A stretch of 63,941 nt of DNA, filler included, from Lenisia limosa (lineage: Eukaryota; Protista; Breviatea): assembly GCA_001655205.1 (NCBI GenBank). It is 16 parts of 16 records of this genome, joined end to end, with 100 filler letters (N's around TTAATTAATTAA, not from the genome) between each part and the next. Parts side by side here need not be neighbours in the genome. Positions count along the whole stretch, not along the records: positions 1 to 18,200 come from LPNZ01009456.1; 15 more parts are not named here. One strand, written 5' to 3'. Below the pieces are notes generated by a model. It was not told the DNA's origin, did no database searches, and saw only the letters and a program-made list of their open reading frames with translations. Both the position numbers and the translations under genes were made by a program. Positions within the stretch are counted from its first letter, which is position 1. Each line of letters begins with the position of its first letter. Shown here piece after piece: positions 1-16,600 of the stretch.

Positions 1-1822
1 CCTGCCCACTGTGCACTACAATATGGGCGGCATCCCCACGAACTACCGTGGTGAAGTCCTGACAACCGACGAGGACGGCAATGACGTTGTTGTTCCTGGT
101 GAGTAAGGGAACACGAGGGGATGGGATACTGACTGAAGGGTATCAGGAGGGGAGAAATGAAGTACAAAAGCGATGACGAATTACCTCAACGATCCTCAAT
201 GATTAGAGGGATTTAACATATTACAGGCCTGCTTGCAGCTGGTGAAGCCGCCTGTGCCTCCGTCCATGGTGCTAACCGTCTTGGTGGGGGGGGGGGGNNN
301 NNNNNNNNNNNNNNNNNNNNNNNNNNNNNNNNNNNNNNNNNNNNNNNNNNNNNNNNNNNNNNNNNNNNNNNNNNTCACATCCAGGCGGCAACTCCCTCAT
401 CGACATTGTGGTCTTTGGCCGAGCTTGCTCCCACACTGCTGCTGAGAAGGTCTGCCAGCTGAAAAATGAATCCACTGTTTCTTTACTCGATATTTTCTCA
501 ATTGATTTCGGACAAACTTTCGCCTCTAATGTGAAGTCCACATAATTTAGGATTTTTTTTCTTTCATAAATTCCCTATTACCCCCCCCCCCCCAGTTNNN
601 NNNNNNNNNNNNNNNNNNNNNNNNNNNNNNNNNNNNNNNNNNNNNNNNNNNNNNNNNNNNNNNNNNNNNNNNNNNNNNNNNNNNNNNNNNNNNNNNNNNN
701 NNNNNNNNNNNNNNNNNNNNNNNNNNNNNNNNNNNNNNNNNNNNNNNNNNNNNNNNNNNNNNNNNNNNNNNNNNNNNNNNNNNNNNNNNNNNNNNNNNNN
801 NNNNNNNNNNNNNNNNNNNNNNNNNNNNNNNNNNNNNNNNNNNNNNNNCGACCAGGTTAAAACTTACTCCGTTTACGAATGTGACGTCCACCGCTATTCC
901 ACCTGTTTGATGCATACAGGTCCGCGAGGAAATGCAATGGGCTATGCAACAGCATGCCGCTGTGTTCAGACGTGGAGACATTCTAGAAGAAGGTTGCACC
1001 AAGCTTGACAAGGGTGGGGGGGATTATTGTATTTTTTGTTAACTTTTCATTGACATCCTAAACATGATATTGTGGACTGCTTCGGCTTGAAACAACCTTT
1101 ATTGATTTCGCATTTCGCCGTCCCCAGTATTCCCATTAACAACCATAGTACAAGAGAAGCTGGGCAGTCTACACACTTCCGACCGCTCAATGGAGTGGAA
1201 TACTGATGTCATCGAAACCCTTGAACTGCAGAACCTCATGTCCAATGTAGGCAAAGGGTGTGTCTTGTGCTTTTAGCTTTTATCTTTTGTTACTTCCATT
1301 TCCAATACTTATCCCCCCCCCCCCNNNNNNNNNNNNNNNNNNNNNNNNNNNNNNNNNNNNNNNNNNNNNNNNNNNNNNNNNNNNNNNNNNNNNNNNNNNN
1401 NNNNNNNNNNNNNNNNNNNNNNNNNNNNNNNNNNNNNNNNNNNNNNNNNNNNNNNNNNNGAGCCCACTCAAGAGACGACTTCCCTGAACGTGACGATGAG
1501 AAGTGGATGCACCACACGCTGTCATGGATCGTGGGTTGCGGGTGTGGTCTTGTTTTTGTCCTTTCACCTCTTCCATTATCCCCATTCTCCATTTCCTTCT
1601 CCTTTCGACGTCTCCCTTCCTCCCCTTGGTTTTTGAAATGTTGAGCAGAGTTGATATTGTTCAGGGGGTCCACTTTTATTTTTGCTTAACCTATCCCAAT
1701 CAACCAACCTTACCACCCAGGGTCCTGAAGGCAAGGTCACTTTTGGCCAACGTAAGGTTCAGTCTGAGTCCCTCGACCTCGACGAAATGCCCCACATTCC
1801 GCCCGCCAAGCGTGTGTACTAG
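1..1822 (+). CDS. sdhA: Succinate dehydrogenase/fumarate reductase flavoprotein subunit, 3' part (multi-exon, 5' end outside window)
   Basis: Spliced exons read [95 protein letters not shown]-stop (TAG 1820-1822); these are the canonical SdhA C-terminal motifs. Confidence 0.96.
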
Positions 1823-2084
1823 ATCATCGTTTTATTTATTCTCTGTAGCTCTTAATACATTTTTCTCTCCTTTTTCACAATCCCATAACACAAAACGCTC
1901 GGCTTTTTTTTTTTTTGTTTCACCGTTATTTCAGGTTTCGAATAGTTCGCTGTGTGTGATGCTTGAAAAAAACGCTCAACACCCATACACACCGAGGTGA
2001 AAAGGAAACAATTTAAAAACATCATACACATCACATCAATATACAACCATCAGGACCACGTGTCTGAGTCAACGGCCAAGCCGC

Positions 2085-5000
2085 CTAAAGCACCTGGCCT
2101 TCGCTCCTTTCGTGGTAACGTACGGGGTCGCCCCACTCGTGGAAGCCAACCTCCAAGTCGGCCTGGCGCACTAGATGGGTGAGTTGTAAGAAAACTTTCA
2201 AGGGGAATTGATTCAACAAATGCACATGATTGAGAAAGATTGAGGAAAAGCTGATAGTTAACAAAGAGAGAAAAAAACAATAAATTGACGAATAAAAAGA
2301 GAATCATTGAAAGAACACGGGGAAAGGAAAAAGGAAGACCTAAGAGGTAAACCAAAATAAGAAAGGTAGAGACAAATAGAGAGGAATGGGACGTTATGCT
2401 AAAAAAACAAAACCTGAACAATATTTCACGGGGTGTTACGAGAATATATGAGGGGGGAAAGGAGGGAGGGTGGTGGAAAGCACGGCATTCCAACCTCTGT
2501 CCACAAGGCTGTCGCGAGAAAGAATACGGTCATCAGTAATGCCTGGGCGGTTGTCATAGAGTTGGTAGTACTTGCGGAACTCCAACGTAGTCAAAACTGG
2601 CATAAGCTGGGGGGTAGGGTAAATGAAGCAAACTTCAACGTTTCAAAGGTCATAATCACGAGCCCAAAAGCAAAAAAAAAAAACCAACAACAACATGGGG
2701 ACTAGATGATCCCGTTTCCTCACAATATTTGAGCCACGAGTCAGGGCAATTTCACGACCAGAAGTGTTGAGAGCCTGAAGCATGAGAACTTGTGATTAGC
2801 AAGAAGAAACTGAAGGAGACAAGCAGTCGTTTCAAAAGTAAAAAAGAAGCAAAGGTGAAGAGGCCATCCTACAGCAAGAGCCGTGGAAGCAGCCATATTG
2901 GCGCCGCCCAGGATCATGCGGGTCAAAGCAATAACGCGCGTAGACAGGTCAAACATGCGGCTGGGATGTGAGACGGGGCGGAGGGGTGAAAATGGAACGA
3001 CAGAAAAACAAGAACGAAATATCATACATACAACTTATCTATACTACTTTAGTTCACCCATTGTGATGCATGTTAAATAAGCCAAGGAAGAAGGCATGCA
3101 TGCATGGGAGGTATTGGAGCTGATATATCACTTTTCACACCACTCACTTTTCATGTTCTTCAAGATTGGCGACGGCCTCAGGGAACTCCTTCTCCCACAT
3201 AGCGCCAACAGGAGTTGACGCTTGTGGGCAGTAGGGGCCCATCCTGGACCAGGTCAGTCATCAGAAATAGTTTATATTATGTGGGGGGGGGGGGNNNNNN
3301 NNNNNNNNNNNNNNNNNNNNNNNNNNNNNNNNNNNNNNNNNNNNNNNNNNNNNNNNNNNNNNNNNNNNNNNNNNNNNNNNNNNNNNNNNNNNNNNNNNNN
3401 NNNNNNNNNNNNNNNNNNNNNNNNNNNNACTCGACCTACCCGATCATATCCAACTCCTCGTTTTTGAAGAAGAGAATGTCATCTTTTGAGTGAAAGGTAG
3501 TACAAAAGATTGGGCCAAAAAGAAACGTGTGTTAACAATGAATAAACACTGCGATTCAACAGTAACAACAGAGAGCCGAGGGGGTGGCAAATAAGTAGAA
3601 CAATGGCAAAGCATACTTGCAAGGTCGCTGATAGTTTGAGTAGGCAGACCAATCATGATGCCAGATCCAGTCTGATGGGGGGGGGGGGGNNNNNNNNNNN
3701 NNNNNNNNNNNNNNNNNNNNNNNNNNNNNNNNNNNNNNNNNNNNNNNNNNNNNNNNNNNNNNNNNNNNNNNNNNNNNNNNNNNNNNNNNNNNNNNNNNNN
3801 NNNNNNNNNNGAGGGCTGCCAGGCCAAAAGTCCCCAGCAAACCTGGAAACCAACACGTTTGAGAGATCTGATACACTCCACTCTCTGAAACTATGAAAAC
3901 ACTACCAACAGTACGGACGTAAGAGGGTTATCAAACACTGATAGATAACAAAATGAGAGAACAAATATGTCTTGGTCTAAGATAACACTTGTGATTGTTA
4001 AAACTGTCAACCAGACCTGTTCCCAGCTGTGGTTTCCGTCTTGAGGATGAATGCGATTGTAGAGCCTGGGTTGTGAGGCTATGGCAGTTGACGAATATAT
4101 CATATATTGAATCAACTCACTCTTCACCATGTACTAATTGACATTATATTTGACAATATGGGTTGCTTCACCTCCCAATCCCTCAAAACGCTAGCAATCA
4201 GATAAGTGTATTAGATGCTATCATCATACATTATGTATGATTACATAGTATAAATGATACATGACCCCCCCCCCCCCCNNNNNNNNNNNNNNNNNNNNNN
4301 NNNNNNNNNNNNNNNNNNNNNNNNNNNNNNNNNNNNNNNNNNNNNNNNNNNNNNNNNNNNNNNNNNNNNNNNNNNNNNNNNNNNNNNNNNNNNNNNNNNN
4401 NNNNNNNNNNNNNNNNNNNNNNNNNNNNNNNNNNNNNNNNNNNNNNNNNNNNNNNNNNNCACTCTGAAACCGAAAAAGCACCATTATACCAAATTTCCTA
4501 CCCCCCCCCCATACCAGCCTCCTCAAATCGGCGCTGTTCATCTTCCAAAGTTGAGGCCTTAATGTCTCGAATAGTGTCGCACAGCTTCTTAATGCGATTG
4601 CGGTCTACACAGTTAACAAATATGTCAGTGTGAAGGTCAAACTTCAGTAGACGTTCAATAACTTGTGAGTCCCATACAACCTCATGCCCCCCCACTATTA
4701 ACTTCACCAGACTGGAGCATTATGGAGCCGTAGCCATTTTCATGTGCCCATTGTGTGGCCTCAACCATCTGCAGAAGTCAATGGACGAAATAGATGCAGT
4801 GAGAGGAAGGAAAAGGAGCAAACCGAGAACAGCATTAGAATGGGGAGAAAAGAACACAACTTCAATAAGGACAATAAAAGTAGGACGAGAGAAAAGAAGA
4901 GAAAAATTAAAAAAAAAAAAAAANNNNNNNNNNNNNNNNNNNNNNNNNNNNNNNNNNNNNNNNACCTCTCTACATCAACATCAGCACCAAGTCCGCAGTA

Positions 5001-6049
5001 AAGGCAGTTCTTCTCACACCTAAGGCAGGTAAACAGATGTAGCGAAAGAGTTATTGACAACGAAGAGAGACACCGGGAAAAATATATATATAGCTATCTG
5101 AGCCAAGCATTCCAACCCACATGTTGGAGAATTCGAGGAGGCCTCTGAAGTGGACCTTATTGCTGCAGTACTTGCGCCTGAACAGTCAAAAGATTGACTA
5201 GCAACTGATGTAAAAGTAAATAAAAAGGTTAGGAATTGACTCAGAACAGAAAACCAAATACATCATCTGAGCAAGAAGACCCATGATACACCCCCAGCTC
5301 CATCAACATCCATGCTCACTGTACGGTGTGACTCTGGCGATACATGGCCTTTTCGAGGTCAAGATCATGGGTGGTTAGAAGGCCCTCCAGCTGATCTTTG
5401 GTGAAGTTAATGACCTCTCCAGGCTCGAGGGACGAACAGCCCAGGTAGGCTGCGAGGGGGGCTAAAGCGGTCACAACGCACGGAATCAAGGAGTATTCTA
5501 ATAATTCATAACCATAACTACACCGCTTTGTCAATAGTAAGACACAAGGGTTTAGCAAAAAAACTACTTGAAACTGACTCATGAACTTAGTGATGAATTT
5601 TGTTGGCTGGCAAAAAAGACAATAACAGGACAGACTCGTTCATCAAACACGTGTACCAAACGCCAAAAAAAAGAAATTGGAATTTTGGCAATGGAGATTG
5701 GAAGATTGGCTTATATGTTTAGAATATGGTAATGAATCCAGTGTTAATATGATATTTTGATATGCAGTCAAAGAGGATCAACATTCCAAAGGGTAGACCT
5801 GATAATTGAAGGGTACTGACCATGAAGGCTCCCCGTATTTAGTGTCTTACCAGTTGCTTCTTTATGAGAGCCTTCATTGCGCTCGCGAATCTCCCTTTCA
5901 AGGTCGAAAGGCTGGGAGGTTACAAAATGAGAACGATCAAAAAGATATCAAACCCTAAGGGGAATCTGAAGGCTTGAAAGACTGTGGTGGAAACGACTAA
6001 ACGACTGCCTTACAACACCTGAGACCGACTTTCCAACCAAACCAAACAT
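2085..6049 (-). CDS. hydE: [FeFe]-hydrogenase maturase HydE (radical SAM) with predicted mitochondrial targeting presequence
   Basis: Exons give RKYCSNKVHFRGLLEFSNM|CEKNCLYCGL (CxxxCxxC), WAHENGYGSIMLQSGE, LYNRIHPQDGNHSWEQ|RVECIRSLKRVGFQ|TGSGIMIGLP, DDILFF..LDMIG|MGPYCP, RVIALTRMILGGANMAASTAL, GREIALTRGSNI|LMP, GFHEWGDPVRYH, then stop at 2085-2087. The N-terminus is MFGLVGKSVSGVVRQSFSRFHHSLSSLQIPLR. Confidence 0.88.
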
Positions 6050-6232
6050 TTTTGAGAGGTTAAGCAAAGTATCTCTTGTCCAAATCCAAGGTTTATCTCA
6101 AAGACAATGAGATAACAGCAGAGAGGTCCAATATTTGAATAATGCGCGAAAAAGAGGTGTATATCTGGACCAGTAGATTGTTTTTGAGGAATTTACGGAA
6201 AAGTTTCTGGCCTTTATCCGCTAACCGACACA
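6050..6232. promoter_or_regulatory. Putative bidirectional promoter between hydE and FTHFS (183 bp between start codons)
   Basis: Divergent ATGs at 6049 (-) and 6233 (+); no specific promoter motif identified. Confidence 0.55.
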
Positions 6233-10771
<4,539 letters not shown>

Positions 10772-10962
10772 GCTTCCCACTCGCCCTATGTTTGCATAAT
10801 TTCCTGTTCTTTCTACTATTTATCGTCCATGTATTTCTGTTTTTGGTATCTCCAAACGACTCTCCAAATGGCGTCTCCAAATGGCTTCCATTTGTTTAAT
10901 TTCTCACTTCCACATAGCTCTCTTTCCCCAATAAGTCAATCAAAATTTGTAAATAAAGTGAA

Positions 10963-13454
10963 TTAGAGGAAAACCTTGGATTCACCAGCCACATTTGCGA
11001 TCCAAGAGTAGTAGTAGATTTCCTATCAAAGTTAAAAACGACTTTGGTGGGGAGATAGCCATATGAAAGAAAAACTTGTAAAAAAAGCCCCCCCCTGCGC
11101 CGCCGTACATAAGATGTGGACGCGCCTCTGTGGGATTTGATCACCGTAAACCCAGTGGTGGTGACACTATCAAGCTCTGGGCAGTGACAGGGTGCGGGAT
11201 GGAAGTAAAAGGATACAGGGTTTGGCAGCGAAAAATGAAAGATAAGGAATAGTGAAGGGGGGAAAGACAAGACAACGAGAGCACAGGAGACTGTAATGTT
11301 CATATTCCTGGTCCCCTACGGAGGAGCGTGAGTCCACTGGTCGATACAATGTTGCTGATGATAACAATAGGGGGAGTGGCAAAAGGGGTCGAGAAAGTAA
11401 CTGTTGCCTAAAGCTTGAGTTGTACAATTTTTAAAACTCACAACATAGGAAGATAATTGGCATGTTCAGTATAACGACCCAAGGCCTACTGTATTGGCGA
11501 GTCCCGAAAGAGAAGTGGCAGGTATGACACTGAGGGCAGCGACATTAATAGTATCGCCACTGCAATCATTAGCTGCTGATTTTGAAAACAAAATCCTCTG
11601 ATAGTAGTAATGAATCCTGAACTTTATCAATATGATCAGGTCTTATCCGAGACGTTGCATGAAAAATAATAAGAAAATAGTTCAGTCATACATCTCATCT
11701 ACGAATTGAGTGGCTGTAGGAAGGGAATCCTGTCGTCCCTGTGCTGTCAATTGTACTGAACCATCACAACCCCCACCACAATCCAAAAAGTCATTTTCAA
11801 GAACATGTATCACATTCCCCTAACATATTTGGCTGTGGTTCCCGAAGTGATTGCAGTCATAAAAACCAGCGGTGTTGTGACAAACGGTGTATTAAATATC
11901 GTGATTTCAGTAGAAGGTGTGAAGTTAGTCCAGATCTAAACTCAATTTAGTGGATTGTTATACAAAAGATCTAATATATGCAATGTTTTTCAAAAATAAA
12001 AGTGCAAAAGCCTACTTCGACCTTCCGCTCAGCCCCACTTGTTGGAACATCAATGGCAAGAACGTTCAGTGTCGAGATGGATTTAGCACTCTACAAAAAT
12101 AGGTGATCAGTCTGGAATTCTCCGAATATATAGCTACTACTAGATGTACATATTACAGCATATGTACTAGATATGATATGATATGATATATGATATGATA
12201 TGTATAATATATCATACTATATTATGTCTTTTTAAAGTAACTGGTCAAAATCAATTTGTTAAATCGGGAAATCAAAGTGTAAAAATTCAACAGCAAAGGT
12301 GAACCGCGAACCATAACATGACTGATGTCAACTGAATATGTGTAGAACTCAGGCTGAATGGTGAGATTTGGGGGTAACTCTACCAGATTCAAAGAGGTGT
12401 ATTAAAAACACACTCACAGAAAACGATGAAAACGGTCTGATTAAGCATCCAGCATAAGCGGAGTTCACAACTGAGCAAAAGAATGTCCTCTCATAACCTT
12501 CTTCAACTGCAATTGTGATTCAATTTCAATAAAAGACTGTATATAAACCGAAGAAGCAACAGAAAATATTACACTCAGAGGAAACATACACTCTAACTTG
12601 AAATAGAAAATCCTAAATGGAGTCTGGGCAAAAAGGGAGTGGAAGAGAGAGGTAGCAGAGTATCATTAGTCCAGTTTACCTGCTCCCAAATTGATGATGG
12701 GTGTTGTAGAAGGGTTTGTCTAGACTCAATAAGGGGGGTGGAGTGAGAATTTTGGAAATAGTTATGATTGACTAAAATTGTTGGCTTAGCAAAGAAGAAT
12801 GAAGCCAGAATCAGAAATAAAAAAAAGTGTATCTGATCAAAGCTGTCCATCATACAAAATAGATACCAGGATATGAGAAAGAAAATATCGTCGTAAACCT
12901 GAGAACAGTAAGAATGTGGTTTAGCAATTAAAAATATTATGCTTGTAAATTCTCAGCCCACTTACAATGCTATATGAAGAGAACTTGACATAGCTCTAAA
13001 ACAATCAATGTGAAAGAGGACGATAAGACGAGCAGAGGAACATTCACAATAATACACCCCATACACAAGACCAACCGGTTCGGCAAGTACTGTGGCATTG
13101 AGCATGTCCTAGAACATAAGAATGTACATGAAATGAAACATTGCTGTTTTGGCAATCAACCATCCGATTTTTAAAGGATATCCAGTACCCCCCCCCCCCT
13201 TCCAACAATTTTTGNNNNNNNNNNNNNNNNNNNNNNNNNNNNNNNNNNNNNNNNNNNNNNNNNNNNNNNNNNNNNNNNNNNGTCCTAGAAAAATGAGGGG
13301 GCCTGGGGGAAGACAACCCAAAACTCACAATAGACACTACGCTGGAAGAGCCTTTGAGGACATCTCCGTCCGTTCTAAGGTTAATTGAACAATTTGACAG
13401 TGATATTAAGAGGAATAGTGCACATATAAAAACACCATTAGCCGCAAATAACAT
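10963..13454 (-). CDS. Secreted protein with at least two tandem H-type-lectin-like beta-sandwich repeats at its C-terminus
   Basis: Hydrophobic N-terminus MLFAANGVFICALFLLISLSNC. Phase-consistent last exons give VTFSTPFATPPIVIISNIVSTSGLTLLQLDSVTTTGFTVIKSHRGASTSYEIYYYSWIANVAGESKVFL-stop (10963-10965). An upstream homologous repeat reads FNTPFVTTPLVFMTAITSGTTAKYVRGITIDSTGTTGF. Both resemble the H-type lectin pattern VTF..PF..PP.V..S..VT.TGFT..SW.A from memory (no HMM run). Middle exons are uncertain. Confidence 0.6.
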
Positions 13455-13649
13455 TATTTTGGAAATCTTAAAACTTTAGCCCGATTTATTGGTCTCAATA
13501 GTATCAACAACACATCAACACCCGATCAGCCAGCACCACGTGGTAATTCAATCAGAGGCAAGAATTTTGGTGAATTTTGGTATTTTTCCAGATACCCGGT
13601 CCGGGATAGAGAGTATTTAAACTTAATTTTGTGTCAAAATTATTACAGT
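13455..13649. promoter_or_regulatory. Putative bidirectional promoter between lectin-like gene and double-MACPF gene (195 bp); contains palindromic CCACGTGG (E/G-box-like)
   Basis: Divergent ATGs at 13454 (-) and 13650 (+); CCACGTGG near 13537-13544. Confidence 0.5.
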
Positions 13650-16600
13650 ATGGCACTTACTCAAACGTTTTGTGTCGCATTGGCACTGCTCTTTGCAGCT
13701 GCCTTTGCAAGCTATAATGACTTGAAGCAAATTCCTGGTCTTGATCAGGCTATTGGCCATGGTTACGACCGTGCTTACGACAAGCCTCTTGGTATGATTT
13801 ATATAATGTATATCGCGACTTATTTTTTCAGCTCCTCTTCTGAGATGGTCTTTCGACCAAAAGAAACAATACCGTTCATCCGTAGCTGGTGACATTCAAT
13901 ATTACAAGGTACTGTGTTTTAATCTTGGTCTATATTACGGATTGATTTTTTGACATTCGGCAGGTTCCTGATCAGCTTGAAGTGATTTCTAGTCCCTCTG
14001 CCTACACTCGTGATGAAAGGTAGGCTTTTTATGACAGATTAAAGAGTTTTGAACAATGCCGACCTTTTTTTGGTTTTCTGACCCCTTTAGCTTCTTCTAC
14101 CGCAACATGACTGAGGTTCAGGAGTCACACTACAAGTGGCACAACTTCCACATCGGAATTCCTCATTGTAAGCTTCTCTCTTGTTGTATCCGAGTTCTTG
14201 AATTGACTCTAACCTGCCGCCAGTCCTCTTTGACTTCGAGTATACCGATGCAGCTGGACACATTCGTGACATGCTTGCTGATAACAGCCACATTGTCTAC
14301 CTTAACGAGAGACATTTCTCCTTCTACCGTGGGTGATCTTTTTTTGAATTAAAGTGCCAACCCTCCGTACCTCAGTATTTTATTTTGATGACCATTTCCA
14401 GAGGTTGCTGCTTACCCCATGGGCATTCAACAAGAAAGCCTTGACCCCCGCTTCAAGAAACTTGTAAGCGTTTTCAGACGTGATTGGACATCGCATTTTT
14501 TGGAGCCTTTGTCCTAACCAATCAATCCTTTTATTATTGGTAGTTATCACCCCCTCCTGCTCTTCTTGCGATTTCAATGGGATCACGCTATATCAGTCAT
14601 TTCAATGTTCATCTCTAGCCCTTCCTTCATTTCCTAATCTATCATATCCGGCGGCCAATTTCTCTGTTCTATAAGCCACGCTCTGTCCCTCGTTCGGTCT
14701 CCTTACCCCCCACCCCAGATTGACGGATTCCTCCCCGAGACTTGCACCACCAAGGCCGACCAAGACAAGTACCAGTATGAAACTATTGGATTAACATTAT
14801 TGCACTTCTTAAAGAAGGGTAATCTTACCCCGCATGGGCTTCGTTTTTTTTTTTTTTTTTTCTCAAATNNNNNNNNNNNNNNNNNNNNNNNNNNNNNNNN
14901 NNNNNNNNNNNNNNNNNNNNNNNNNNNNNNNNNNNNNNNNNNNNNNNNGATGGTTTTGGGTATTTTTTTGTTTATATTCTCCATTTTTACCCCCTCAGAC
15001 AGGTCCGTCGCACCTACGGTACTGACTACTCTCCGAACGCCCATTACGGTGGCAAGGCTTCCGTCTTCCAGGTTGTTGACTCCGCCATCTTCCAGAAGTA
15101 CGCACCGGTCTCGTTGTCAACAGCATCTTGTAGCCTCTCCAACCCTGACCTCTTAGGCATACCGAGGACTGGGTCTACCACCAAGTCAGTATGTCGATTG
15201 AGCTCTACTTCATCGGTCTCGGCTTCTCCAGCGGCAAGAACGCTTCCGACATCCACATCGACAAAGACTTCTCCAAGCACGCACACATCATCATCGGTCG
15301 GTTCCCAGCACAATACAATTTGACTCGAATGAGAGGCTGTAGCAATCTGTTTTTGTGACCAGGTTCTTTTATGATGCCCCCTTCCTGACCGCTGCAGAAT
15401 GGGGCGGTGGAAACTCCACTGACGAGGTCAAGGACTACGAGAAGTGGATCCAGCACGTTGAGGTGAGTATGTAATGGTACTGTATAATATGAGAATCATT
15501 CTTATGCGCTCTATTAACTTTTGACCGCCACTCATCACCTGCCATCATCATGTGACCATCCAGACTGAGCCCGTTGCTCTCTACCCCTCTCTCGAGCCTA
15601 TCTACTCCCTCATCAACCACCCCGCCAAGAAGGTCTGCATGCAAGCCGAGGTTAGCCGGGAGGGTCTGCATGCAAGTGTATTTAAACAATATTTGCGTTA
15701 GCTCTAAATAAACGTTGTTCTCCTTCTCACACTACAGATCACTCGCTACCTCTCCAAGGACCCTAAGAAGGACAAGGCCACCTCCTTTGCCCTCAGCGCC
15801 TCCTCCACTGACGACCTCCCCGTCATCCCAGGACTTCGCTCTGGTGTCGGCCTTGGTAGGCTTGGGGGGGGGGGTGTCTTCTGATCTGCAGATCGTGATA
15901 GCTCCATCTGATTTATTATTATTATTATTGATATTATTTTTATTTGTTTTGTCTCAAACATAATTATCATTTCCTCACCCCCAGGTTACGATATTGCCAC
16001 CGAGCAGCTCCGTCAAGGTGTGACCGGTGAGTACACCTACGAGTACGGCCAGACCTGGACTTGCCCCCTCAACAAGAAAACCTACAAGGTTTGTAACTCT
16101 GTTTTTTTCAACTGCCTTTTCTAAGCAGAGGACCTTGGCCCCAAAAGCTATTTATTTCACACCACAGGTTCCCGACCAAGTTACCCTTACCGAGACTCCC
16201 TCAGGAAAGATTGACCTCGACCGTGTTGTCACCAAGAACTGGGAGTCTTACCAGGTATGCTCTTCCTCAGCCTTTTTATTCGCTTGTTTCGAAACAGTTA
16301 TTTCTGCACTATTGTTGATTTTGGGCTATTCCCGTATTTCTGTGCTGCGGAAGCGACTGGCCTGGCCTCATGTGTTATCAGCCAACAGNNNNNNNNNNNN
16401 NNNNNNNNNNNNNNNNNNNNNNNNNNNNNNNNNNNNNNNNNNNNNNNNNNNNNNNNNNNNNNNNNNNNNNNNNNNNNNNNNNNNNNNNNNNNNNNNNNNN
16501 NNNNNNNNNNNNNNNNNNNNNNNNNNGACGGCGTCAACGCCGAGGGCACCTTCAAGCGCACTTCCCATGAGATTGACGGCTATCTCAAGGTCTGACTCAG

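Noticed and set aside
2085-6049. Radical SAM gene as biotin synthase BioB
   Set aside because: The motifs (VHFRGLLEFSN, LQSGE, GIMIGLP..DD..F, MGPY, EWGD tail) follow HydE, not BioB.
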